This document shows, piece after piece, positions 28,250 through 42,299 of a stretch of DNA of 64,000 bases. The DNA is from Mobula hypostoma. Lineage: Eukaryota. The notes beneath the pieces were generated by a model. That model saw only the letters and a list, made by a program, of their open reading frames with translations, had not been told where the DNA came from and ran no database searches. The translations under genes and the position numbers were made by a program. The stretch is from positions 14,632,001-14,696,000 of the forward strand of contig NC_086108.1 of assembly GCF_963921235.1 (NCBI RefSeq), in the 5' to 3' direction. Each line of letters begins with the position of its first letter. Within the stretch, counting starts at the first letter, position 1.

Positions 28250-29210
28250 CATCACTTTTCGTGGTTTTTATTAACGACCTGGATGTGGGGGTAGAAGGGT
28301 GGGTTGGCAAGCTTGCAGATGACACAAAGGTTGGTTGTGTTGTTGATAGTGTAGAGGATTGTCGAAGATTGCAGAGAGACATTGATAGGATGCAGAAGTG
28401 GGCTGAGAAGTGGCAGATGGAGTTTAACCCGGAGAAGTGTGAGGTGACACACTTTGGAAGGACAAACTCCAAGGCAGAGTACAAAGTAAATGGCAGGATA
28501 CTTGGTAGTGTGGAGGAGCAGAGGGATCTGGGGGTACATGTCCACAGATCCCTGAAAGTTGCCTCACAGGTAGATAGGGTAGTTAAGAAAGCTTTTAGAG
28601 TGTTAGCCCTCATAAGTCGGGGGATAGAGTTTAAGAGTCACGAGGTAATGATGCAGCTCTATAAAACTCTGGTGAGGTCACACTTGGAGTACTGTGTCCA
28701 GTTCTGGTCGCCTCACTATAGGAAGTATGTGGAAGCATTGGAAAGGGTACAGAGGAGATTTACCAGGATGCTGCCTGGTTTAGAGAGTATGCATTATGGT
28801 CAGAGATTAAGGGAGCTAGGGCTTTACTGTTTGGAGAGAAGGAGGATGAGAGGAGACATGATAGAGATGTACAAGATATTAAGAGGAATAGATAGAGTGG
28901 ACAGCCAGCACTTCTTCCTCAGGGCAGCACTGCTCAGTACAAGAGGACATGGCTTTAAGGTAAGGGGTGGGATGTTCAAGGGGGATATTAGAGGAAGGTT
29001 TTTTACTCAGAGAGTGGTTGGTGCGTGGAATGCACTGCTTGAGAGTGGTGGAGGCAGATACACTAGTGAAATTTAAGAGACTACTAGACAGGTATATGGA
29101 GGAATTTAAGGTGGGGGGTTATATGGGAGGCAGGGTTTAAGGATCGGCACAACATTGTGGGCTGAAGGGCCTGTACTGTGCAGTACTATTATATGTTCTA
29201 TGTTCTATAT
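28250..29210 (+). mobile_element. Young 5'-truncated CR1 LINE, RT C-terminal half nearly intact
   Basis: ORF 28219-29076 reads LFVVFINDLD...KLADDTKVG...WAEKWQMEFNPEKCEV...HLEYCVQFWSP. Tail (TATGTTC)n. Confidence 0.92.
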
Positions 29211-29899
29211 GTTTTATCACCACCCCTGGCAGCCCATTACCAGCACCCTGCGCTCTCTTTGCTTTATAAAAAGAAACTTTGCCCAGCACATTTCCCTTTA
29301 ACTTGTCCCCTCTTACCATAATCAATGCCACTTGGTATTTGACATTTCCACTCCTGAAAGAAGGATTCTGACCCTGCCTATATGTTTTCTGTAATTTTAT
29401 AAGCTTCTATCAGGTATCTGATGTTCCAGAAAAAAAAGTCCAAGTTTGTCCAAAATTTTTAATAGCACATGCCCTCTAATCCAAGTAGCATCCTGGTGAA
29501 TCTCTTTTGCACCCCCTCCAAAGCTTCCACATACTTCCTCTAATGCGACAACTTGAATTCCACAAAATGCTCCAAGAGTGGCCTAACCAAAGTTTTATGT
29601 TTTGACATCTCTTCATCCAATTATTTCAACCTTTACCTATAGTTACTCTAACTCCCCTCTTGCTCCATATCACCACTCAAGGTTTTCCTCCAATCTGGTC
29701 CTGTATTTTATTCCACCCTCGGGAAACCCCCAACCTCCTGTGTTGACCATTCACACAGCATTCCCAACTTGACACCGCATCTTCTCTCACTGGGTCCACT
29801 CCTGACACAAAGTGATCTCCACAACATTATTGCATGGAGTAAATAAGCCCAGAGCAGCAAGGTAATAACGCAGTGTAGGGTTGTCTGTTGTAATTCTAG

Positions 29900-30151
<252 letters not shown>

Positions 30152-33100
30152 TGAGTAATGTTGTACTCCTCACGCGAGAGACATAAGAGATTCTGTAGAT
30201 GTTGGAGATCTTGAGCAACACACACAAAATGCTCGAGGAACTCAGCAGGCCAGTTGACTGTTTATTCCCCTCCCTAGATGCTGCCTGACCTACTGAGCCC
30301 CACCATCCAGTATTTTGTATGTATTCCTCACATTACATTTGCATCACCCCCGAGCTATCTGTAAGAGGTGTTTGAGTAATAGGAAAGGTTTGGTGGGATC
30401 TGGGCCAAATGAAGGCAAATGAGACTAGCTTAGGTTGGCTTCTTGGTGGGCATGGATGACTTGGGCTGAAAGTCCTGTTTTTGTGCCATCATAATTTATG
30501 ACTCTAAGTCTCTGCTCCTACAGTTCTTGTCTATTTTTCCACCCCCACTTTTGATTGCCTCATGTTTGATAGGTATGACTTTAGCTGCCAGAGATCCTCA
30601 TTGTGAAATTTCACACTTAGCCAGATTTCATAAATTTCTCTCTGACCCCCGCATTCCTTTTTTCAACTTAAACCCTATTCTTTAGCAGAAGCTTTGGTTG
30701 TCCGGCCAATTACCATTAAAATGATAGAGTTGCAGACTAGCCCGAGTAACTTCCTCTAAAATGGAGTCCTACTGAGTTGTGTAATTCTAACATTAGGTTA
30801 TCACACGTAGTTAGATAAGCAACGCAGGACAAATGAGAGTAAATCTATCATTCTTCAAGACCACGTTACATCTGCAACGTTGGGTGATGTTATGCTCCAC
30901 AGTGTTGCTCTCTATGCAATGAGACAATGTTGATATTTCCTGTACATGGATACTACTGATGAACACAATTCCAACATTGGAAAAGGTCTTGTGGGTAATA
31001 TTCCTAACAAGTATTTTACTCCTGTTTTCACACAAGAGAGGGATCATGTTAATGTTATTGTTAATGTGGTTGTATAAAATATCAAATGTGATGATCATTG
31101 TAAAAGGAAAACCAATATTGATTTGGCATTAATAGATTATCAAACCCAAACTGACCATAATGTCAGGTTGTTGAAGGAAGGGAAGAAATTGCAGGATCAC
31201 ATTCTGTTGGGTAACATCCCTGTTAGTCTTGCTCCATTTGGTAAAAATTTACATGTGGTGAATCCCAGGAGTGTTTGGTGATACTGACTTTCATTGGATT
31301 TGCTTTAGAATACTAGCCATGGGTGATACTCAGTGGCTAAGGCAGCATCTGAAGAGAACAGAGTTAATGTTTCAGAACTGATCAATGCTAAGTAGTGTTT
31401 GGTAATATTGGCTGGACTGGAACTACAGTTCCAACTGTAGATCACCCTGCTGATCTGTTGGCATAGAGTCGCACAGTCAAAGAGCAGAAGAAGAGGCCCT
31501 TTGGTCCAGCATGCCCACGTCGTCTGTTGTACTTATCAATACTACTCTCATTCACTTTCACTAGATCCATAGCCTTCTATTCCTTGGCAATTCAAATATT
31601 TGGCTAGATGCTTCTTAAATGTTGTGAGAATATCTCTTTCCGCCGCCCCTTCAGGCAGTAATTCCTGACTCAAGCTCCTTCTGAGTGAAAGAATTCTCAC
31701 ATAACCTCTTTAATTCTCCTGCCTGTCACCTTAAATCTGTGTATATCCTCTTGTCTTAGACACCTATACTATGGGGAAAACCATTTTGACTATAGTCTTG
31801 AATAAAGACCACCAGCTCCACCTACAGAACAGTCTGATGATCTGCTGATAACTCATCACTTTCACTATTTATCAGAGATATTGTGAACATCTAAGTAATT
31901 AAAATTTTTTAAATGATCAATTTATTTAGAAATACATGAATGCTGTCAATTAGCTAATAGATAATTGCACTTTGAAATATATAACTTGCCTCACTTGGAT
32001 TAATATGGCTGTGTGACTTGCGGCTAGTGTAACACTGAGGTGTATGTTGCTGTGTTGCTTGTGGAACATGGGTGAGGCCATGGCCATTCCAGAGGGAGAG
32101 TAGGAGGGGGGTGGTCAGAAGCACACGCACCTGGCCTATACTGCGCAATATGGGATAACACATAGTTAACACTTCAGTGAAGAGTACCATCCTTCTAGAC
32201 TGTTTTTTACAGCAGCAACACTGGGTGTTTCTGGGGTACACAGCACTACTTCCCATGCCACTGGATAATGCTGGGTTACTTCCTGTAGAATGGACTGCTA
32301 CTGATTAACACTGGCTGTACTTGACCTTCTATTAAGTAATTAAACCACGCAGGTTGTTGAAGTGAGCACTCAGAGAACAGTGGCCATAACTATGTACGAT
32401 TCATACGTAAAGGATTAAGATCTGTCCTTAACTTGGGGAAGCCATCCCCCAATTCCCCCTAAGTTGGGGGAAGGATGAGTTCAATAGCATAAACCATTTT
32501 GAAGCATGTCAGTACTAAGAAGGTGGAGATGTCAGATATCTTGGAATGCATAAAGGAATGCTTAATATCCCCAGGGTTGGATGAGATCTATTCCAGAAAG
32601 TTGTGAAAAGTGAGGAAGGAAATTGCTGGAGCTATGCAGAGATTCTTGCATCTTCGTTAACCACAGGTGAGGTCCCAAAAGACTGGAGAACACTAATGTT
32701 GTTCCTTTATTAAAGGAGGGCACCAGGAATAGACCATGTAACTACAAGCTGGTAAGTCTTGTCAGTAGTAAGAAAATTGTTAGGGAAAATTCTGAGAGAT
32801 AGGATTATGTATATGTTGTAAGGGAGGGATTCAGTATGGCTGTGAGGGATGTCCTGTCTCACTAATTTAATTGAGGTTTTCGAGGGCATAACAAAGGAGA
32901 TCGATCAGGACAAGGTGGTAGACAATGTCTATGAGGACCTCAGTAAAGCAGTTCCAACATGGCAGGCTGATCCAGAACATTAGGACACATGGGATATAAG
33001 GTGGGCTGGCTGATGGATCCAAAATTCACTTGGTCATAAGATTATTAAGATGTAGGAGCAGAATTATGCCATTTGACCCATCAGAACTGCTCTGCCATCC

Positions 33101-36100
33101 CTTCATAGTTGATTTATTATCCCTCTCAACCCCATTCTCCTGCCCTCTCCCTGTATCCTATGACACCCTTTCTAATTAAGAAACTAGCAACTTCAGCTTT
33201 AAATATACCAAATAACTTGGGCTCCACGGCAGCCTGTGGCATTGAACTCCATTGATCCGCTACCCTCTGGCTAAGGAAATTTCGCCTCATCTCTGTTCTA
33301 AAGAAGTGTCCTTCTGTCCTCAAACTGTCCTTTGGCCCTAGACTCCCCCTCTATAGGAAACATCCACTCCATGTCCACTCTATCTAGGCCATTCAATATT
33401 TGGTAGGTTTCAATAAGATCCTACTTCATTCTTTGAAACTCCAGCAAGCATAGGCCCAGAGCCATCAATAGGAGACAGTGGGTTGTGGTGGATGATGTTT
33501 CTTTGATTGGAAGTTTGGGTCTAGAGGTGTGCCATGGAGATTTGAGTAGGGATATTTGCTGTCTGTGATATATATTAATGACAAAAATGTGAAGTACGAT
33601 TAGAAAGTTTACAGATGACACAAAGAAAGTGGATAGTACAATGCTGGAAAGTGTATGGTCATGCACTTCCTCATAAGGGTTACCGTATGAGGAATGTCTG
33701 GCAGCTCTGGGCTGTATTCCCTGGAGTTCAGGAGAATGAGGGGGGATCTCATAGAAACATTCCGAATGTTAAAAGGCCCAAACAGATTAGATATGGCAAA
33801 GTTATTTCCCATGGTAGGGGAGTCTAGGACAAGAGGGCACGACTTCAGGATTGAAGGACGTCCTTTTAGAACTGAGATGTGGAGAAATTACTTTAGTCAG
33901 AGGGTGGTAAATCTGTGGAAATTGCCATGAGCAGCTGTGGAGGCCAAGTCATTGGGTGTTTTTAAGGCAGAGATAGCTAGGTTCTTGAGTAGCCAGGGCA
34001 TCAAAGGGTATGGGGAGAAGGCAGGGGAGTGGAGATGACTGGGGCCTACTTCTGCTCCTATATTTTTTGGTCTTATGGTCTTACAATAGTGTTGTGGATA
34101 GTGATGAAGGCTGTCTAAAGGAAGATGTGGAACAGAGCTAAACTGTATGAAATCTTGGACCTCCCTCAATGGCTCAATGGCAGATGGAATTTAATCCCAA
34201 CATGTACAAGGTAATGCATTTTGGGAAGTCAAATAGGGGTAAGACAAAGATAGTAAATAGTAGATCAACTGCCCATGAAGTGTGGATATGCAAAGCTATG
34301 TAGTGAGTTTGTCATCTTTTCAAAAATCACCTGAGACAGAGCCTTTCTTCAGGACTTTTAATGAGATCTTGCTTGTGAAACTGCAGACAGTTAAGTAAAA
34401 TACGTATTTAACTCAATACAGAATCGCCGCATGTCTGAATATACTAATATTGCTGATTATTCTTGCAATCAATACACACACACAACACTCCATAACTATG
34501 CTGTGTAACCAAGAATGTATTTGTGGTGTGATAGTATCTTAAAAACAATAAGCAATGAACATAATACTTCCTTCAAAATATATCTACTAAATGTTTGCTG
34601 ATATTAACAAAACTTAAGACACAGATATTGCTGTTTCAGGGGCAAATAAAGAGTGGATGGAGATGGATGTCTTTCCACCGTGTGCTTCAAGTTCATGCTT
34701 ACGTACAGGAGGTGATGTTCATATAAAATGAACTGCACCTCCAGAGGCCAGAATGCTCCTTGCCTGCAATCCATAGGATGTCAACTTAACTATTGAAACT
34801 AAAAGTCAAATGATTGTCTCATTAAGTCTTTGGCAAAAGAAGGACAGTCCCAGAGGCTCAGCTTGAAACTGTTGTCCATGATGACATACTTGCTCACAGT
34901 AATGTCTAGTGGAAAGAGAAGAGAGATCTGGTTTGGGAGTTAAGTTTTGCCTTGCCTAAGATGAATCCAATTTTGCAATACCCAGCACCATCTGTGGCCT
35001 TCAGGTACCTCTGTGCTTCAGTTCCAATTTCCTTCTCTCCCTCAATGGCTGCCCTCTTAAGGTCATAAATTGCCACAGCTGATGAGGGACATTTACCAAT
35101 TACATAAACTCTCATATGGTACTCCAGAATCTCATCCTGTTAGTGATCACGAAACCACAAGAATCTGAGATACTCTTGATGATCCTATCTCACTAAGAAG
35201 CAGAGGACCTTTTGTTTAACGACTGCCGTCACCGCAAAGGACTCAATTCTAAAGTGCATGAGTACCCCAAGCAGGCTGTTGTTGAGGTCTGGACCCTGCA
35301 AAAGCTCTTTGTTCAGTGATATGCCTTTGAACTATGCACATGTATCAAAGACAATTTGTATTTGTGCATGTTTCTGGGGGTAGTAAACACCAAAGTTGCA
35401 CACATACCGGTTTTCTTTGTTGGGATCTGGTGGAGGCACTAATTGTTCCTGAAGAGTCTCTGCATGAACTCCACATAATGATCTTTCATTTCTGGTTTCC
35501 TTCCCAATGACCAACTGAGGGACATGAGTTGACTGAGAGCCTGCTATCTGTTATTTGGTAGGAGTTGTTGTGGAGAGCAGAAAGGAAGCGAAGCTACCCA
35601 ACTGTTTGACTTGTCTTTGCTCAATTCTTTGTTCATGATTCAAAAGAAGATTTCATCTTCAATGAAAGGTGCCAGCACATCGTCACCTTCAAAGCGACAG
35701 AAGACCAGCTTGCCTAAACCTGGTTGAGCAGAGGTAAGTACGTCAGGGTGCTTGGTTTGCTGACCTACGCTCTTCTCTTCCTTACAGATTCTACTCTCAC
35801 AGGGTCTGAAATGACTTGGGTGCCCATTCTCCAGGACGTTAAATGTGCTGACAATGTAGACTTCACCTACTATGACCCAATCCAGGTCCAGCCATTGGGC
35901 ATGAGGTGCATCGTGCAGATCGTGGTGCAGTTCAGTTACCTTCTGTGAATGGATGGTGTCTGTACCAAGCAACAGGAGACTCTCAACAAAAGAGTCAAGT
36001 AGGGGAATCTTGTCAGCTACATGCTTTGGATGAGAATGACCACATGCAGCTTCAGAAATTGGGACTTCGCCCCTGTGGTTGGGAATATGGTCACTCTCTA

Positions 36101-36874
36101 TGAGAGTTGGTAAGAGTAAGTGACAAATCCACTGGCTTTTCTTCCAGCAGTTTCTGATGTTCCAAAACATGTCTTTAGCTTGCCTGGGGAAACAGAACTT
36201 TGAATACAAATCTCAATTTTGCCAATGATACATTGGTCTGGTCATTCAATATCACTGATGCCTTTATTTTTTGCTCAGGATGTCCTCTCAGGTAGATGTT
36301 GATTAGATATATTTTAGAGCAGGATTTGCCTTGGAACCCTTTCCTGGTACCTCTGTGCATGAGGAAGTAGCTACATCTGATGGATGTTCAGCAGGCTCCC
36401 TGTTGTGCTGGAACTAGTAGCAGCCCAAGGTGCTAGCCCTGAATGAAATGCTAATATGTGCTGGTCGCTATTGAACTCAGTGCAGTGTGTGATAGCTTCA
36501 CAGTCTTTTGCTTAGTACATTGAAATATATTGACTGCTCCTTTTGAAAGCGTCTTCAGAACGCTAGCGGTTTCTGTCTAAGTCCTCTGCATTTCCTTAAT
36601 GGGTGAGATTTCTTACGGACTGGGCATTGTCTATTGGGGTTGTTGATGGAGTTTGTACTTCAGTTTTGTTGACTATTATAGGGATACTGGTTTCTCATGC
36701 TTCTGCTAGAGACCTTTCTTTGAATGACGTGTTACCGGAATTTGAGAGCTAAAACTAGGGTTACTTCACATTTCTGTGTGGTGGCAGACAAATTTCACAA
36801 AGAATGAAAATAGCAGATAATTAGATTAGATTATGGGCATGATGCTTTGATATATACTTGAACCATTTAGCTAT

Positions 36875-38230
36875 CCATCATTCCCACAATCCTAATTGAG
36901 AAATTGCAGAACCTGGGCCTCTGTACCTCCTTCTGCAATTGGATCCTCAACTTCCTAACCGGAAGACCACAGTCTGTACGGATTGGTGATAACATATCCT
37001 CCTCACTGACGATCAACATTGGCACACCTCAGGGATGTGTGCTTTTTTTTTGTAATTTATTTTTTATTGAATTTCATCATCAAACAAACATATCTATAAG
37101 ATGTATTTCAGATACTGTACATATATATCATATAATCATATTTGTCACAAATCTCCACATAATATTTATCTGAGGTATACACTCATAGAAAGAAGAGGAA
37201 AGAAAGAACAATCGAAAGAAGAAAACTACGTAAGGGATGTGTGCTTAGCCCACTGCTCTACTCTCTACATACACATGACTGTGTTGCTAGGCATAGCTCA
37301 AATACCAACTACAAATTTACTGATGATACAACCGTTGTTGGTAGAATCTCAGGTGGTGACGAGAGGGTGTCCAGGGGTGAGATATGCCAACTAGTGGAAT
37401 GGTGCCGCAGCAACAACCTGGCACTCAACGTCAGTAAGATGAAAGAACTGATTGTGGACTTCCAGAAGGGTAAGACGAAGGAACGCAACCAATCCTCATT
37501 GAGGGATCAGAAGTGGAGAGAGTGAGCAGCTTCAAGTTCCTAGCTGTCAAGATCTCTGAGGATCTAACCTGGTCCCAACATATTGATGTAGTTATAAAGA
37601 AGGCAAGACAGCGGCTATACTTTATTAGGAGTTTGAAGAGATTTGGCATGTCAACAAATACACTCAAAAACTTCTATAGTTGTACTGTTGAGAGCATTCT
37701 GACAGGCTGAATCACTGTCTGGTATGGAGGGGCTACTGCACAGGACCGAAAGAAGCTGTAGAAGGTTGTAAATCCAGTCAGCTCCATCTTGGGTACCAGC
37801 CTACAAAGTACCCAGAACATCTTGAGGAAGCAGTGTCTCAGAAAGGCAGCGTCCATAGTTAAGGACGTCCAGCACCCAGGGCAAGCCCTTTTCTCATTGT
37901 TATCATCAGGTAGGAGATACAGAAGCCTGAAGGCACATACTCAGCGATTCAGGAACAGCTTCTTCCGCTCTGCCGTCCGATTCCTAAATGGACATTGAAG
38001 TTTTGGACACTACCTCACTTTTATTTAATATACAGTATTTCTGTTTTTGCACATTTTCAAAAATCTATTCAATATATGTAATTGATTTACTTGTTTATTT
38101 ATTATTATGTTTTATTTTATTTATTTTTTTTCTCTCTGCTAGATTATGTATTGCATTGAACTGCTGCTGCTAAGTTAACAAATTTCATGTCACATGCCGG
38201 TGATAATAAACCTGATTCTGATTCTGATTC
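36875..38230 (+). mobile_element. Rex1/Babar-type LINE nested in the BEL element
   Basis: Reads [56 protein letters not shown]. Tail (ATTCTG)n. Confidence 0.88.
37045..37232 (-). mobile_element. 5'-truncated poly(A) retroposon 3' UTR (L1/Tx1-style insertion)
   Basis: T-run and TTTATT (AATAAA on the minus strand). Perfect 14-bp TSD AGGGATGTGTGCTT at 37031-37044 and 37233-37246. Confidence 0.8.
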
Positions 38231-40409
38231 CAATTTGTAGTTTGGTATAAAGATTATTTCTCTTACTGTGTCCAAGGAACTCAGCATTTTTTATGGCTTG
38301 CAGTTCCAACAACAGACCTGCAAGCTCCTGTAGCTTCTGTGGTTCACTGTGTGAGAGCTTTGGAAAATCATCAAGTCTTCTGAAGAGAGATGCTTCAATT
38401 ACTTCTGCAGAGCCATAGCATTTGTCCGGCCTCTGCCACAGCATTTGCAAACTCATAGCTGGACTATCAACATGCACTGACATAACCCTTGTTGCAGAGA
38501 AGGTTGAGCTTTTCACTAGCTTTGAGACTTAGTCCTTCCACAGCATTGCAAAAGCTTGTCTTCCTGGACAGATAACTGGCAGGCTGGCTGTCAAACACTT
38601 TTAGTCCTGCTGTCTAAATCTCGCGAACCAGATGCCAAGCCAAATCTAATGCACCTGCAGCTCCTGAATGAGGGCATTGTGGAGGCTAGTTTGCCCCAGT
38701 GTGTATCCTGGGATGAATGGAACTTCAGTCTGTCCATTTCTCTACAGTTAGGGTTGGTATCGGTAGCAACTCTTGTCTGAAGTCTTTGCTGTGTTGAAAC
38801 TGCAGAAGGGGGTGTTGTGGATCTTTTCTGCTGTAGATCTTGTCTGTCAATATCTGGACTATGTGAAAGGTATGTTGGTTACATGGTGTGGACAGCTGCT
38901 TCTTGTAGAGTTGGAGCACTTGTCTTTTTTAGCCAATATGTGTTTGGACATATTCTTTAATAAGCTGCATTGGCTGTTGTGATGGCAAAGCATCACTGAT
39001 TCTGGTTATAAACTCGCCACTGTTTAAGACAGCTGTTGCTTCATACACCTTGGCCTCTGCTGAGGCAGCCTCTGCTTCATGCTCTTCCCTGAGTGCAGTT
39101 AATGTAGCCTTCATGCCTATACATGCCTTCTCCATGTTTATATGAGCTTACTCCACTTGCATCTTAACTTCACACTAAGCAAAACTGCTCTCATTCTTCC
39201 CGGTTTGGCTCTGGCGTGGATTAATTTGGATTTTGTTTTGAAGCACGGGTGGAAAGACATCCATCTCCATCAGCTGTGTATTTGTCCTTGAAACAACAAT
39301 ACCTTTTCGCTCTACTGCCCTCACAGTGTGGATATGCAAATCGATGCAGTGAGTTAAACATCTTCTCAAAAATCACCCAAGACAGAAGCTTCCTTTAGTA
39401 TTTTTAATAGTGTGTGAAAGATGGGATGAACGTTATAGAAGTGATAGGGGATTTAGTATGGGTATACTGTTAAGCTCAGAAAAAATGTAGCCCAGGCTAC
39501 ATTAAAGGGAAGGAGGAAACTGCAGGGTCTGTTACCATTACTTTACCATCTCCTCTGGCTGCACAGTTGGTGCCGGATGATTGGGGGTGTAATTTGTACT
39601 GTAGCTTAACAAGGGAAGAGAGGAATAAAACCAACTAATTACAAGCCAATTAGTTAAATAACTGGTGGGAAGATTATTGGAATTCCTTAAAAGGTCAGAA
39701 TAAATCCTCTCTTAAAAAGATACAGATTGATTAGAGACAGCCAGCTTTAATTTTTTAAAGAACATTGTTCTAACTTAATTACATATATATAGAGACGGTA
39801 ACAATGAGGGCCATTGAATCCCTCAGCCCCTTCAGTCCACTGTGTGTTGGTAGGGGCAGTGTACTTAAATTAATCATAAAGTCTCATATCACTTCAGTGT
39901 ACACAAGATCTTTGTCTCTCCATTATCGGCATAGTCATGTGCTGATGGGAGAGCCTCTTCAACACTTAAATCATGTCTACCTCCATCACCTTCCCTGGCA
40001 GAACATTCCAGGCATCCACCATTCTCTGTGTAAAAAACTTGCACCACAAATCTCCTTTAAAGTTAGCCCCTCTCATCTTAGATATTAGACATTTTGATAC
40101 TGATTAAAAGATACTGGCTGTCTATTCTATGTAACTATACTTCTCATTTTATAAACTTGTATCAGGTATCCTTTCAGTCTCTGTCACTCCAAAGAAAAGA
40201 AACCTAATTAGTCTAACATCCCCTTATAGTACAAACCCTCTAATCCAAGCAGCATTCTGGTAAACCTATTCTGTACACTCTCCAAAACTTCTACATCTTC
40301 CTGTAATAGGGCTACCAGAAGTCAATGTGATACTCTAATCACAGCTTAACCAGAGTTTTATAAAGCTGCATCATAACTTACTGATTCTTTTAATTAATGG
40401 CTTTACTAA

Positions 40410-41397
40410 TAGTCATATTCATACTTTATTGATCCCGGGGGAAATTGGTTTTCGTTACAGTTGCACCATAAATAATAAATAGTAATAGAACCATAAATAG
40501 TTAAATAGTAATATGTAAATTATGAAGTAAGTCCAGGACCAGCCTATTGGCTCAGGATGTCTGACCTTCCAAGGGAGGAGTTGTAGAGTTTCATGGCCAC
40601 AGGCAGGAATGACTTCCTATGACGCTCAGTGCTGCATCTCGGTGGAATGAGTCTCTGGCTGAATGTACTCCTGTGCCCACCCTGTACATTATGTAGTGAA
40701 TGGGAAACATTGACCAAGATGGCATGCAACTTGGACAGCATCCTCTTTTCAGACACCAACGTCAGAGAGTCCAGTTCCATCCCCACAACATCACTGGCCT
40801 TACGAATGAGTTTGTTGATTCTGTTGGTGTCTGCTACCCTCAGCCTGCTGCCCCAGCACACAACAGCAAACATGATTGCACTGGCCACCACAGACTCGTA
40901 GAACATCCTCAGCATCGTCCGGCAGATGTTAAAGGATCTCAGTCTCCTCAGGAAATAGAGACGGGTCTGACCCTTCTTGTAGACAGCCTCAGTGTTCTTC
41001 GACCAGTCCAGTTTATTGTCAGTACGTATCCCTAGGTATTTGTAATCCTCCACCATGTCCACACTGACCCCCTGGAAGGAAACAGGGGTCACCGGTACCT
41101 TAGCTCTCCTCAGGTCTACCACCAGCTCCTTAGTCTTTTTCACATTAAGCTACAGATAATTCTGCTTACACCATGTGACAAAGTTTCCTACAGTAGCCCT
41201 GTACTCAGCCTCATCTCCCTTGCTGATGCCTCCAACTATGGCAGAGTCATCCGAAAACTTCTGAAGATGACAAGACTCTGTGCAGTAGTTGAAGTCCGAG
41301 GTGTAAATGGTGAAGAGAAAGGGAAACAAGACAGTCCACTGTGGAGCCCCAGTGCTGCTGATCACTCTGTCGGACACACAGTGTTGCAAGCACACGT
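40410..41397 (-). mobile_element. Young Rex1/Babar-type LINE 3' half nested in a CR1
   Basis: ORFs 41150-41395 (GAPQ.TVL.PFLF..KFSDDSAIVG) and 40544-41143 (KTKELVVDLRR..YKYLG..RLYFLRRLRSF). TAATA on both flanks. Confidence 0.88.
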
Positions 41398-42299
41398 AAT
41401 AAAGGCAAGCATGCTAGGAGTCCCTTTCAACGTCCTGTCAACCTGTGCAGCCACTTTCAGGACGCTGTGGACTTGAACCCCAAGATCCCTCTGCACATCA
41501 GCACTGTTAAAGGTCCTGCCATTAACTATGTACTTTCCACATCAGGGATCTTCTATGATCATCACCATGAATACCAGTAGATTTCCCTTGCTGCCGACAA
41601 TGTTTTCACCCCTGTACATCTTATCCTGAAGACATATCAAACTTCCAATGGACCAAGGCTGTTGTGCGGTCAAAAGGCCTTCTCGTGCTCCAGTGCCTTG
41701 CGTGAAGATGGCGTGACTAATTCCCACACAAACTGATGAACTCTCAGCTTCTGACACACTGCTATAGTGTTGTGCTGAAGACTTCAAACCTGATTTCAGT
41801 TTGTATCAAATTCTTTGGAGTTTTTCCAATTCTGCACACCACAGTTCCCCAGGAGACATTGGAATGAGTGTACCAAGGAAGAGTTCAAAAGAAGTGGGCT
41901 GGGCAGTTGGGATATTATGTGTGCCACAGTTCCCTAGGGGACATTGGATTGTGCGTAATTAAGCATTTGGCAAGGGCCAGTAAAAAAAGTAAGGTTTAAG
42001 CAGAGCGGCCAATCTATAAGTGGGCCCGTGTTAGAGTGGGGAGCCAAGGGTTGTTTCAGAGATAGATTTTTTCATTACGGCAGCATAATTGAGCTCTGAC
42101 CATTGACCAATCTGAACATCAGAAGTTTGAGAGGAGGGGATGTCACTCAGGTCCACTGCCTGAGTAGCAAAAAGCAGCCGCGGATCACAACAATGTAATT
42201 GAGCTCTGACCAGTGACCAGTCAGCGTTTGGGATTGATTACCAAGAGCAAGTTAAAGGAAAGCCCAGGCAAGCACAATGGCCATCTTTGTAGTGGACAG

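Larger units (their letters stand above)
34281..39410 (-). mobile_element. Degenerate BEL/Pao LTR retrotransposon
   Basis: Direct repeat TGTGGATATGCAAA...CAAAAATCACC..AGACAGA at 34281 and 39327 (LTRs). Gag relics EEHEAEAASAEA and LFRRLDDFPKL..LQELAGLLLEL; protease region LLLGTD...APHAQWLDLDWVIVG; RT relics FGVYYPQK..IQIVFD and AVAIYDLKRAA. PPT-like AGGCAAGGAG (minus strand) at 34756-34765. Confidence 0.85.

Noticed and set aside
28219..29076. Longest ORF (285 aa) as a host gene
   Set aside because: It is the C-terminal part of a CR1 reverse transcriptase from a 5'-truncated copy.
30190..30330. Additional hammerheads in related palindromic elements (also ~23930-24150 and ~52680-52790)
   Set aside because: The arms are present, but the CUGANGA/GAAA core is deleted or unrecognisable.
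30720..31300. Apparently unique AT-rich block
   Set aside because: One frame reads NIPNKYFTPVFTQE, matching the CR1 LNxYFxSVFT motif, so it is probably ancient CR1.
35640..36209. 189-aa minus-strand ORF as a nested gene
   Set aside because: It is a BEL/Pao protease-region relic surrounded by frameshifts and stops.
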